Virus record (IMG/VR): IMGVR_UViG_3300048088_000336
Span: 1 to 64,000 of that record
From: a virus
DNA length: 64,000 bases
Reading direction: 5' to 3' (one strand)
The translations under genes and the position numbers were made by a program. Position 1 is the first letter of the stretch. Each line of letters starts with the position of its first letter. Shown here one piece after another: positions 17,701-24,220 of this stretch. Below the pieces are notes generated by a model that had not been told where the DNA came from, made no database searches, and was given only the letters and a program-made list of their open reading frames with translations.

Positions 17701-19781
17701 CCTACATGTGGCAGACCCTGGAACGCAAAAAGAAGTTCATCGACCAGATCATGGGCGGCAGCCTCGACCAGCGGGAGATCGAGGACGTTGGTGAGACGGC
17801 CCTGTCCTACGCTGAGGTCAAGGCGCTGGCGACAGGCAACCCCCTGCTGTTGCAGAAGGCCACCGTCGACACCGCGATCGGGAAACTGTCCCGCCTGGAG
17901 CGCACCCACAACCGCACCCAAACCAACCTCCGGCGTGACGTCGTCGCCTTCCGGGCCAACGCGGAAGCCTCCGACGCCTACGTCAAAAAAATGGACGCGG
18001 CCGTCAAAGCCCGCACTGACATCACGGGCGACAACTTCGCGATGACCGTGCACGGCACCACCACCCGCGACCGGGGTGAGGCCGCGTCCATGCTCAAAGC
18101 CGCTGTCGAGGACGTCATCCGCAACGACTACGGGTACGGGAAGCGGGCCAAGCCCGTCGCGGAGTTCGGTGGACACAAACTGATGGCCACCGTCGAGGAT
18201 CATTACGACCGCAATGGGGCCCGCCGCCGTGGCGTGACCTTGACCTGGGACGGGGTGCCCGGGGGTGCGAGTGGTGGTAACGCGACCGCCGCGTCGATCA
18301 GCTACCAGCAGCTCGCCAGTGGTGGCATCGGGCAGGGCACCCTGGCGACGCTAGCGCATTCCCTGCACTCCTTCGAGTCGCACCGCGACATCTCCGCTGA
18401 TCACGCCACCCGTTTGCGGTCCGAAGCGGATGTGATGGAAGCCCGGGTGGGCACCGAGTTCCCGCACGCGGGCGCACTGAAAACCGCCCGGGATGAGTCC
18501 GCCCGGCTGAAGGCCACAATGGAGGCATCCGGGATCCGGGAGGACGCCGGGCCCGGTGAGTCGGACGCGGCGAAGAACTTGGCCACCGCGCGGACGAAAG
18601 CCGCTGGGCAGGCCGCCCGCATGGGCCGCTCCGGTGGAAACGCGGCCACCACGCTCAAGAGGTTCGGGAACTCCACCGCCACCCCCGGCGCGGTGGCCTC
18701 CCCCAACGGCGCGGTCGGCGCGTACATGCACAACGGGGACTTCAAAGTGTTCCTGACCGATGACGGGGTCGATGTCCGGGACCTGGCCGGGATCTCCTCC
18801 GATGACCTCAAGGGTGTGGTCAAGGACCCGCAGGGGTTGGTGGATGACCTGGCGAAACTGGACCTTCCCTTCGATGAGGGCGCGCGCTCCCTGTATCGGC
18901 GTTGGAACGGGGACTACTCCTACAGCCCACCGGACTACTCGAAGTCCTACGAGGAACGGGAAGCGATCGCTCAAGCCAAACGGGACAAGCTCAAAGCTGG
19001 GGAGACGGCCGACAAGAACGCGATCAAGGCTGTGTTCGCGCGGCACCTCACGGACGCACCTGTTGAACCGGAACTGACCGGGGTCGACGCCGCGAAACGG
19101 GCCGCTGCCCGCGCGGCGGAAAACGACCGCATCGGGGACCTGGCGAAGAAGCGACTGAAGCGGTTCGCGAAAGCCAGTAAACGCATCCCCCACTACGCGT
19201 CCCCCGACGGGAAGATCGGGGCCGTCACCGACACCGATGGCGGGCTGGAGTTCTTCGCCACCGGCAACGGCATGCTGCTCAACGCCCCCGGTTCGGTGGG
19301 GCCCGTCGATGACCCGCAGGCCGTGGTCGATGAGATCGCCGCACTCGGTGTGCCCCTGGGTGATTCAGAAGTCCGGTATGAGCGGTGGGGGCGTGGGGAC
19401 GGGCAGCAAAATGAGGACGTGACCGCGATCCGGGGCATCCTCACCCGGCATGCTGACCTCATGGGTGAGAAGTCGGCGATCATCGGGGCGTGGGAGTTGC
19501 TGCGCGCGCAGCGCCTCGACATTGAAGTGAAGGCCCGCGCGGACCGGGCGGCTGGGGAGGTCACCCCCACCCCGGACCCGGAACTGGAACCGTTCACGGT
19601 GCTCGTCGCCGATGACGTTCGCTACACGATGGACGCATCCGGGACCCTGCAACGTCTCATGCCGTGCCCGGCGTGCGGTCAGGAGATGATGGTGCCCGCG
19701 TTCGGGGAGTCCGAGACACCACCGTGCCCCTCGTGCGGTGCGGTCCCCACTGTGGACAAGCGCCGGGCACCGGTGGGTTGA
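8721..19781 (+). CDS. 3686-aa giant: HK97-type prohead protease fused to a DarB-like N6-adenine methyltransferase, an SNF2/SF2 helicase and a C-terminal zinc ribbon
   Basis: Protease DSVGDVIVPG, SHNW, FSIGY, LYEWSQVLHGAHPLA (about 8850-9315); MTase ANLAAL..EQSVLARWAGWGG, VLEPGSGSG (13899), GNVPFG (14088); helicase AHVVGAGKT (16041), DEAH (16542), ATGTP, GVGTNVQ, QRDGRIMRQGN (17616); CPAC..CPSC at the end. Confidence 0.9.
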   Translation: MTTTFPDDIEVSGDVPDDLTALEWKSLPAGETSSPLTGVIDHNDADGTITALVAVTGVKDSVGDVIVPGSADKAVKRLKPKGVMSHNWGDRVSRLIWHKELMPGDSMLPKQTPQGDPWPANAGGLLIKAKYNLDKQSGRDAYADAKFYGADECFSIGYKVRPGGSRMRGATRYLHDYDLYEWSQVLHGAHPLATLTGVKSLADTVEAPWYDGTRSGDIEGDTALPDGVETKVRVVRDADFWHLPIGTPIKPGMVPHGLNRPPTEQEIHATTADAGDDNGLHGAPDAVATPGMPGAPAPGGLGMPPMPDMALPIPGPKDGDAPTGDPDAAVALLRTRVGEIEKLNTPAARTASAALTPFLVPGAPVRASEDGQLVAVHTGDAWRFADTANGGVMQVTLPGTLPQPNVDMVLHELAGVGIPWDSVDARRKRWENPSQLQADKATVAGIFARAGTPPTTTPPGIGGAGMGTPPPPGVPGAPGAGQGAPGAPPATPGMPNASVGAPPSIPATPAPAPNVPTAPPTPTVPATPPVSPKKFPRGSIKGHGIAPGDRIRVHGHPRGTLEGTVESGKNGHSIVHDDGSKTWLGGTGSRHHVEKLGKAADQPPKLATASAAPPASKPAPERKLAFARFDRIENVHDLPGAIRSAILKPDTLDNPARRQALAVALHSLTEPTAPNKPPAKAHVPDDVDPAALADELDGLAQEIEDRGKGRIAITPAHRGSGRTVVADLRALAAGIRTPAASAPESAKPPAPVVPEPYKPTGNINAPHELTDEQLATEAAHAATRHARARASGVPKTSVEHHDSKLANTVFQDEIRRRAVGGESGVKPAPKPGPPAAPETPAVPDKTGEVPEDAPDTTVPLPQEAVDSADRIRAEALGIIDGPDGQEEVTPEVADRQDRVEGYLVAGEAALADKTDGQLSETRKDLTDELALQDELNRRDTQRRKESAAARSSRSSSTADPVRSGDTPGATGDGTPEDTGPKLRPGFAGAAEDLGDALNAKPRDDETVKAAADRFAKMLRRHGDSTSFDAVRTAIGDDIHAAIASGDLKAGMLFTAAGGVREQRRVARNEGAKKRRLAKRLDRDRIKALIGSVDAEVRARKDRGSGAAAPKPSPAPSVAASPKTGQGITATAQHNADGGVHYLVTHPDGSYTTARYNSTGPRRTHASTVDRGPGLKPNSGGRYITSIHSSEESADQSHDAFPNVPHIVTPIEHIGETGKAETPVVPEASGPRADAEQAIRDGDRIALVDALKAMGDTGPRETAMRLLSLSEDDAITELDDHPGKRETANRADRHAAAQVANAAGDSAALTAALTGEHRKPDNALDSRDAAAARERAAAKRAAVKPAVVVADGPSRRAEFDASTAEDFPPNTPVRLFQDWDREHARPDLASDVTAVRRARNGYVTVRESKGTTVDVFPRQLEKRDQGAQSPQKDGGDDAQRASDTSRSVVPEVPAADLRGDSRQTEVLPGPGRPSPGADHPGRGPVGGPGPTGGDIPGQTGAPDSGTTRRDGTGDEGLPGSPTAPELDGQSPAEPAEPGPVDASREDGPVGGRDGGLRERERGTGSTEPGDEAAGTADTAPAPEPDSADGVTAEQPEADTGQVDAIPDTGESFHPSSADDFAPAGKRAKLDANLAALRVLRQLQTEHRSATPEEQSVLARWAGWGGLPEVFDDKKTAYAKERDELRGLLSGGEWNEAKRNTLNAHYTSPVVVQALWKAMGDLGFDGGRVLEPGSGSGTFIGYAPEGADMVGVELDSTTAAISRALYPHATVRNESFADTRLPAGSFDATIGNVPFGDFALRDRVHNPNRAESIHNHFILKSLALTKPGGIVTVLTSRYTLDGENPRARKKMAEMGDLLGAVRLPTGSHSKTSGTDVIEDALIFRRREPGADPLTPQDWINSSKRDIDGIEIPVNDYFTAHPDQVLGDEHAEKGQYGSGSLIVTGDKAMPELPAALARITDGANTAGATASARMEGLADFTAPDDTRHDGHIAAHDDGSFTQASQGAAVPFAVPEKQAEELRGLIGMRDTLSTLLTAESQSVSNSPEIRELRKTLNDQYDAYVKRYGPINRYTLTKSGARNAPGQGGFRRDPMSAIVRALEIYNPETGKAVKTDIFTKRSVSPREIPTHADNPEDALALSLDTYGEVNLGEIAKMLHTDEATARRRLGDLIFEQPPLTDDELDKSWTAHQEDHGGIPDQDIAAGTVDLSSVGESVRAEGNLEPAAAYLSGNVRRKLAAAEAAAAHDPRFQTNVDALKKVIPADLGVDEVDGRLGAAWIPADDVKTFMIDLLHGGDNRYNPVQVSTSGGGIWTVVGGDHGNVATEQWGTKRKSAGELIAAMLEQKPIRVVDTIDGKSYPNLEETLAAQAKADEISERFSEWLFEDSARTKRLLAAYNNQFNAVRLRSYDGVDRVFPGMTSSGWKPRAHQVAAVNRIVSEPCALLAHVVGAGKTAEMAMGAAELKRLRMARKPAIVVPSHMLEQFTREYLQIYPRAKILAAGTEDLDGDKRREFVARAATGQWDCVILTKDAMQLIPMSQDAQKAYIDREMATMRAQLEAAQGSGGDAAHQATVKKMEKAVIKAEEALKAKLEKTKDAGVSFEQTGIDYLFVDEAHQYSNLRTVSNIQGAGASGSGIATDLHMKIEHLRANNESGRVATFATGTPIRNTVTQAYIMQRFMRPDLLKEAGVHSFDQWAATFGQTVDEMELKPEGTGFRQTTRFAKFRNVPELLRLFQIFADVKTAEDLNLPTPDLAGGSVDNVVVPSTDELRETMAELAHRADQYRAGSPEKRTNAAGTGEVDDMMLLISMDGRKAAMRQSDKLDMAAEKIADIWGKNKNKPIPKDLDDPTAGDDPPPGGMQIVFCDMFTPKGGAKSDVEQRTEYDDGDNFDAYAALRAKLADRGMDPKRIRFMHEAKNDRQKAELFAAARNGGLDVLVGSTEKMGVGTNVQRRAVALHHLDAPWRPSDLEQRDGRIMRQGNANDEVSIHRYVTEGSFDAYMWQTLERKKKFIDQIMGGSLDQREIEDVGETALSYAEVKALATGNPLLLQKATVDTAIGKLSRLERTHNRTQTNLRRDVVAFRANAEASDAYVKKMDAAVKARTDITGDNFAMTVHGTTTRDRGEAASMLKAAVEDVIRNDYGYGKRAKPVAEFGGHKLMATVEDHYDRNGARRRGVTLTWDGVPGGASGGNATAASISYQQLASGGIGQGTLATLAHSLHSFESHRDISADHATRLRSEADVMEARVGTEFPHAGALKTARDESARLKATMEASGIREDAGPGESDAAKNLATARTKAAGQAARMGRSGGNAATTLKRFGNSTATPGAVASPNGAVGAYMHNGDFKVFLTDDGVDVRDLAGISSDDLKGVVKDPQGLVDDLAKLDLPFDEGARSLYRRWNGDYSYSPPDYSKSYEEREAIAQAKRDKLKAGETADKNAIKAVFARHLTDAPVEPELTGVDAAKRAAARAAENDRIGDLAKKRLKRFAKASKRIPHYASPDGKIGAVTDTDGGLEFFATGNGMLLNAPGSVGPVDDPQAVVDEIAALGVPLGDSEVRYERWGRGDGQQNEDVTAIRGILTRHADLMGEKSAIIGAWELLRAQRLDIEVKARADRAAGEVTPTPDPELEPFTVLVADDVRYTMDASGTLQRLMPCPACGQEMMVPAFGESETPPCPSCGAVPTVDKRRAPVG
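13027..13488 (+). CDS. Nested overlapping gene (+1 frame inside the giant), TnpV-like helical protein
   Basis: GGAGG 13017-21, 5 nt, then ATG 13027; 153 aa MPNALATQAEAWYQKYQPQTYAGIVDKPKFFQDLADRAQEQI..AGPDQPGETYRDKLGRLTAAQHDATELVMRDFL; the giant's frame is low-complexity over the same span. Confidence 0.75.
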   Translation: MPNALATQAEAWYQKYQPQTYAGIVDKPKFFQDLADRAQEQITQVADRLAGPDQPGETYRDKLGRLTAAQHDATELVMRDFLEAPPPPNWTDSPLPSPPSPDPSMLPEKTDPWGDAMADFGNASAELDQQNRVTRQRELPILPPRPSRTVPTA

Positions 19782-19787
19782 CGTAGA

Positions 19788-19844
19788 GACAGCCCCCGGA
19801 GGGGGGACACCGGGGGCTGTCGGGCTGGGGTTACTCGCCCCAGC
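19788..19844 (+). terminator. Double hairpin downstream of the giant (terminator or processing signal)
   Basis: GACAGCCCCCGG 19788-99 pairs with CCGGGGGCTGTC 19810-21; GCTGGGG 19824-30 pairs with CCCCAGC 19838-44. Confidence 0.55.
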
Positions 19845-20129
19845 GGGGGTGATTTCACTGTAGCGGCGTGTCGGGCTCGCGGCCAGTCGTGAACGAAAGA
19901 CGCCCCCAATGTGGATCGGGGGCGCTTCCGGCTGGACTCACTACTCCACCGACGGAGATAGTGGTTCCCACCGTACGCGGCGTGGCGCGCGCCCCGCCAG
20001 CCGAATCGGTGATCTACTCCGCTCCACGCGCCTGGTGCTGACCGGTGCGAGTCATTCCGGGCACGCTGCCGGGGGCCTCGCGCTGCCCAGCTCGTGCTCA
20101 CTCACACCGAGCACACAGGAGGGGCGGAA

Positions 20130-21485
20130 GTGCCCGACACACTGACCCACCACGACAAAGATTTGATTGATCGTGGGCGGGCTGAGGTCAAGAGCCTCAA
20201 CACCAAACTGGATGAGATCACCAAGTCTGGGTGGCTGGACGGCGACGGCAACATGCACGTCGAACCGGGTGCCCTCGCGGAGTTCAAGTCGACCCTGGCC
20301 GCCGCTGAGGAAGCGCACGGCATCGTCGCCGCCCTCGAACGCAAAGGCGCCCTCGATGCGTGGCTGGACGCCCCGGCGACGGATTCCCCGGCCGCGTTGG
20401 CCGCTGGGCAGGCCGGTGGCGGCAGTCAGCTCATGCGCCCAGCGGAGTACAAGTCTTTGGGGCAGCGGTTCATTGAGTCGACCGAGTTCAAGGGCCACCG
20501 TGACTCCGGGTTCATGGACTCCGCTTTCGTTGTCGAAGACCAGGAGATCACTTACGGGGCGCAGTTCAAGGACGTGCACTCCGGGTCGATCGGCACCGTC
20601 ACCCACCCCGGTTTCGGCACGGTTCAGCGCGCACCGATGGTGTCGGCGCCGATGCTCACCTGGCGGGTGCGTGATCTTTTCCCGCAGATGAACACCAACT
20701 CGGTGATGATTGAGTTCATTGAGGAGTTGGGGTTCGTCGACGCGGGCGACAATGCCGCCGCGATGGTGCCCGAACGTGAGGGCACACCACCTACGGACAC
20801 GTTCGGTCTGAAGCCGAAGTCAACGATTCACTTCAACATCAAGACCACGCCGATTCGGACCCTGGCGCACTGGGTTCCCGCGTCCCGCAACGTGCTCGAT
20901 GACGAACCGCAGTTGCGGGGAATCATCGACACGCGCCTGCTGTACGGCCTGCGCCTGGTCGAGGACCAGCAGTTGCTGCTGGGTGACGGCACTGGACAGA
21001 ACCTGCTCGGCATTTTCAACACGCCGGGTATCCAATTGTTCCCCTCCGGCACCTACCACGCGCCCACCAACGAAACGTATGTCGACGCCATTCGCCGGGG
21101 TGCGACTCGCGTCATGCTGGCACAATACGACCCGACCGGCGTAGTTGTTCATCCTTACGATTGGGAAAGGATGGAGCTGACCAAGGACACCCAGGGCCGG
21201 TACCTGGTTGCCGGGTCGGTCACTTCCGGTGCCGAGAAGCGTTTGTGGCAGATGCCCGTGGTCGCCACCCCCGCGTGCCCGGAGGGCACGGCCCTGATTG
21301 GTGCGTTCGGTTTGGGCGCGCAAGTTTTCGACCGGATGCAATCCAATATCCGCACCGCTGACCAGCACGCGGACTTCTTCATTCGTAACGCGATCGTGGT
21401 CCTGGCGGAGGAGCGGCTCGGTTTGGCCGTGTACCGGCCCGCGTCGATGGTGAAGGTCAACCTGGCCGCCGCGATCGCCGCCTGA
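20130..21485 (+). CDS. Major capsid protein (HK97 fold) with N-terminal scaffolding/delta region
   Basis: TLAHWVPASRNVLDD, EDQQLLLGDGTGQNLLGI, VVHPYDW..KDTQGRYL, FIRNAIVVLAEERLGLAVYRP; SD AGGAGG. Confidence 0.95.
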   Translation: MPDTLTHHDKDLIDRGRAEVKSLNTKLDEITKSGWLDGDGNMHVEPGALAEFKSTLAAAEEAHGIVAALERKGALDAWLDAPATDSPAALAAGQAGGGSQLMRPAEYKSLGQRFIESTEFKGHRDSGFMDSAFVVEDQEITYGAQFKDVHSGSIGTVTHPGFGTVQRAPMVSAPMLTWRVRDLFPQMNTNSVMIEFIEELGFVDAGDNAAAMVPEREGTPPTDTFGLKPKSTIHFNIKTTPIRTLAHWVPASRNVLDDEPQLRGIIDTRLLYGLRLVEDQQLLLGDGTGQNLLGIFNTPGIQLFPSGTYHAPTNETYVDAIRRGATRVMLAQYDPTGVVVHPYDWERMELTKDTQGRYLVAGSVTSGAEKRLWQMPVVATPACPEGTALIGAFGLGAQVFDRMQSNIRTADQHADFFIRNAIVVLAEERLGLAVYRPASMVKVNLAAAIAA

Positions 21486-21513
21486 TCGACTGAGCTGAGA
21501 GAGGAGTAGAGCA

Positions 21514-21996
21514 ATGGCTATTCTGTCCTCCGACGGCACCACAGTGCTGTCGAAGTCCGGGCTGTACGCCCTGACCACTGATGTTCCGGTTACGCAGTGC
21601 ACGGTCAACTCTGACGTGTACCAGTCCTACAACTACCCGCCCATCGAATACCAGGGCAACTACAAGAATTTCGATGGGGAGCGTCGCCTGCTGTTCAAGG
21701 CGGGGCAGGTCGTGAACAAGGCCGATATCGAGGCTTTGTTCCCGGTGGCGACGATCGCGTCGATCAGCCCGGCGACGGGTGCCGCCGCTGGCGGGACCCC
21801 GGTGACCATTAAGGGCACGAACCTCGATGGGGCGACGGCCGCCGCGCTGGGTGGCGTGGCTTTGACGTCGTTTGTGGTGGTGAACAACACCACGATCACG
21901 GGTGTGTCGGGTGCGCATTCGGCGGCGACGGTGAACGTGACGGTGACCGACGACAGCGGGACTTTGACGCTGACGAACGGCTATGTGTACGTGTAG
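21514..21996 (+). CDS. Head decoration-like protein with C-terminal IPT/TIG Ig-like domain
   Basis: ISPATGAAAGGTPVTIKGTNL...FVVVNNTTIT; SD AGGAG; directly after the capsid gene. Confidence 0.8.
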   Translation: MAILSSDGTTVLSKSGLYALTTDVPVTQCTVNSDVYQSYNYPPIEYQGNYKNFDGERRLLFKAGQVVNKADIEALFPVATIASISPATGAAAGGTPVTIKGTNLDGATAAALGGVALTSFVVVNNTTITGVSGAHSAATVNVTVTDDSGTLTLTNGYVYV

Positions 21997-22002
21997 TCGT
22001 GC

Positions 22003-22254
22003 ATGATCGGGGCGGGGTCGGCCGGTTCGACGGGTCGGCCCCGTTTCGTGCGCGTGCGGGATGCGTGGGCGAATCCGAAGACGTGGCGGAGGTTTCATTC
22101 CATAGCCACGGGTGTGTGGTTTTTGGCGATCGTTCCGACGGTGTTGTGGTGGCATGATTCAGTGCTGTGGGTGGCTTTGATCTCGTGTTACGCCAACGCG
22201 GTGGGGCATTTCGCGGCGTGGCAGGGTTCCCGCGCGGAGGACAACGCCAGTTAG
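22003..22254 (+). CDS. Small membrane protein
   Basis: Two hydrophobic segments (WFLAIVPTVLWW, LWVALISCYAN). Confidence 0.65.
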   Translation: MIGAGSAGSTGRPRFVRVRDAWANPKTWRRFHSIATGVWFLAIVPTVLWWHDSVLWVALISCYANAVGHFAAWQGSRAEDNAS

Positions 22255-22442
22255 TCGGACAGCATCCCGACGGTGAGCAGGGCGTCGATGAGGCGACCGA
22301 CCGCGCCGGGGTCGACGTAAACCTGCTCCCCTTCGGCGGCGAGGGCCCGCAGGTCGTCGCGGACCTCGTTCCAGGTGCGGCCGTAGGTGCCGTCGAGGCT
22401 CATGGCGATTTCGGCGGCGGCGGCCTCGACACTGTTGCTCAC
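22251..22442 (-). CDS. Hypothetical protein
   Basis: 63 aa, GTGA coupling with the DUF2786 gene. Confidence 0.6.
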   Translation of the reverse strand: MSNSVEAAAAEIAMSLDGTYGRTWNEVRDDLRALAAEGEQVYVDPGAVGRLIDALLTVGMLSD

Positions 22443-23197
22443 CGGATCGCCGTCCGGGATGCGGTGACGCGGGTTTGTCCGAGGTCGGCGCGCCGCCCGG
22501 CCGCCTGACCGGAGTAGTAGGCGTCGGGGTTGATCTGGTTTCGGGACTTCACTTTGGGCAGGTCACCGAAGAGTTCGTTGTAGGCGGCGTCGACTTTGGT
22601 TTTGCGGTCGAGGAGAACGAGTTCGGTGGAGCGGGTACCGGGTTCCCCGCTCGTGGTGGTGGCCTGCTGGGCTTTGTCTTGGGCTGCGGCGCGGGCTTCG
22701 ATGGCTTCCAGGCGGGCGCCGACGGCGTAGGCGAAGCCGTTGAACCAGGAGCGCCGGTAGACGGTGACGCTGGAGGTGAGGTCGCCGTAGATGTCGAGGG
22801 GGGGACGCTGGTGTTTGATCTGCCCGGCCGCCTGGAGGAGCAGGGACGTGTAGGTCACTTCGATGCGTTCGAGGTCGCTTTTGTGTCCGACGACGACGCA
22901 GTAGGCGACGGCGGAGGATCCGGGGGGTCCGTAGCGCACGGTGCGGCTACGGCAGGCCAGTGCGATCTGGACGAGGAGGCGGGTTTTCTCCGCCGTGTAG
23001 GTGCCCGTCATGTCGATGCGCATGGAGATGATCTCGTCGTTGATTTTTCCGGCGTCGGCGAGCTGGGCTTGCTCGATGCCGTGCTGGGCCATCAGGGCGT
23101 GCGCGCGTTCGGTGTAGGTCTCGGCTTCGGCTGGGAAGTCGGTGGACTCGGCTTTGGCGAGCAGCGCCCGGACTCGGTTGAGCAGTTTCTGATCCAT
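22439..23197 (-). CDS. DUF2786-family protein
   Basis: KLLNRVRALLAKAESTDFPAEAETYTERAHALMAQHGI; YTSLLLQA; RRSWFNGFA. Confidence 0.85.
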   Translation of the reverse strand: MDQKLLNRVRALLAKAESTDFPAEAETYTERAHALMAQHGIEQAQLADAGKINDEIISMRIDMTGTYTAEKTRLLVQIALACRSRTVRYGPPGSSAVAYCVVVGHKSDLERIEVTYTSLLLQAAGQIKHQRPPLDIYGDLTSSVTVYRRSWFNGFAYAVGARLEAIEARAAAQDKAQQATTTSGEPGTRSTELVLLDRKTKVDAAYNELFGDLPKVKSRNQINPDAYYSGQAAGRRADLGQTRVTASRTAIR

Positions 23198-23223
23198 GGA
23201 TGGGTCCCCCTCGCGGTGTCGTA

Positions 23224-23247
23224 CGGAACACCACGGAGCCTACCACA
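23224..23247 (-). promoter_or_regulatory. Extended -10 promoter TGTGG-TAGGCT-N7-GTTCCG
   Basis: Same architecture at 4357, 25796, 55886 and 62510. Confidence 0.6.
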
Positions 23248-24000
23248 CTAGGAGGCGCGTACCATGCCGGGTCGGGCCGTCACCCCGTTGTCCGCCAACA
23301 CATCCCCGGTGTCCGACAGCATCGGACCGACCGTGGCCGGTTCCTCGATGCTCACCGCCGCAGGCGCCACAGCACCCCCCGTGGTGGCCGGACGCAGGCG
23401 TAAGTGCTGGCCCACTGCGATGAGGTTCGGGTCGGCGACCGAGTCCCGATTCGCGTCGTACAGGGCCTGCCACCCGCCTGAGGTGTGCGCGGCATCAGCG
23501 ATGCTCGCCAGGGTGTCCCCGTCGGTCACGCTGTAGTCGGTCGCTGACGCGGGGATCTCCGGCGCGGCGTGACGGGGTGGTGCGCTGGCGGCCAGTGGGA
23601 TCGCTGGCACCGACGGGGCAGCATGACGCGGCGCCTTCACCGTCGTCGCGCTACCGCCGCGTTTGCCGCACACCGGCCACGCCCCGATGCCCTGCCCGGC
23701 GAGGACCTTTCGGGCGACGGTGATCTGCTGCTCCCGCGACGCGTTCTCCGGCATGCCCGCACCGCCGTAGCCGTGCCAGGTTTGCAGAGTGAACTGGAGC
23801 CCCCCGTGGAAGCCGTTACCGGTGTTGATCGCCCAGTTGCCGCCCGATTCGCATGCCGCGATGGCGTCCCAGTCGGGTTCGGCGGACGCGGGAGGGGCCA
23901 GTGCTGTGCTCACGGCCACAGCGGATCCCAGGATGTAACCGCCGCCGAGGACAACGCGGGGCAGGATGGGGCGTCTTGCTTCACGGTGTTTGCCGGACAT
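23248..24000 (-). CDS. rpf: Secreted resuscitation-promoting factor (Rpf transglycosylase + LysM)
   Basis: Signal-like N-terminus; WDAIAACESGGNWAINTGNGFHGGLQFT..TW..ASREQQI..QGIGAWPVC; LysM YSVTDGDTLASIA..WQALYDAN..PNLIAVGQHL. Confidence 0.92.
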   Translation of the reverse strand: MSGKHREARRPILPRVVLGGGYILGSAVAVSTALAPPASAEPDWDAIAACESGGNWAINTGNGFHGGLQFTLQTWHGYGGAGMPENASREQQITVARKVLAGQGIGAWPVCGKRGGSATTVKAPRHAAPSVPAIPLAASAPPRHAAPEIPASATDYSVTDGDTLASIADAAHTSGGWQALYDANRDSVADPNLIAVGQHLRLRPATTGGAVAPAAVSIEEPATVGPMLSDTGDVLADNGVTARPGMVRAS

Positions 24001-24220
24001 GGCGGGCAGTCCATGGCACAGACCGGCCGCAGCGAAACCCGTTACCGGCCCGTAATCGACGAGCGGGCATCCACACGCGGTGAGTGACACGCCATCGGCG
24101 ACACGCGGGCGAACCTGAGAGGGCCCTAAGAGCGTTACTGACGGTGCGCGCGCTGTAGTGTCCGCGTGCGCTCACCGGGGCGTCGAGTTCCGGCCCCGGC
24201 CATCTACCGAGGGGATTTCG

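Noticed and set aside
8721-19781. Intein in the giant protein
   Set aside because: No C/S...HN-C/S/T splice motifs or homing endonuclease motifs recognised.
24001-24220. c-di-AMP (ydaO) riboswitch expected upstream of rpfA-like genes
   Set aside because: The conserved riboswitch sequence blocks were not found on the - strand.
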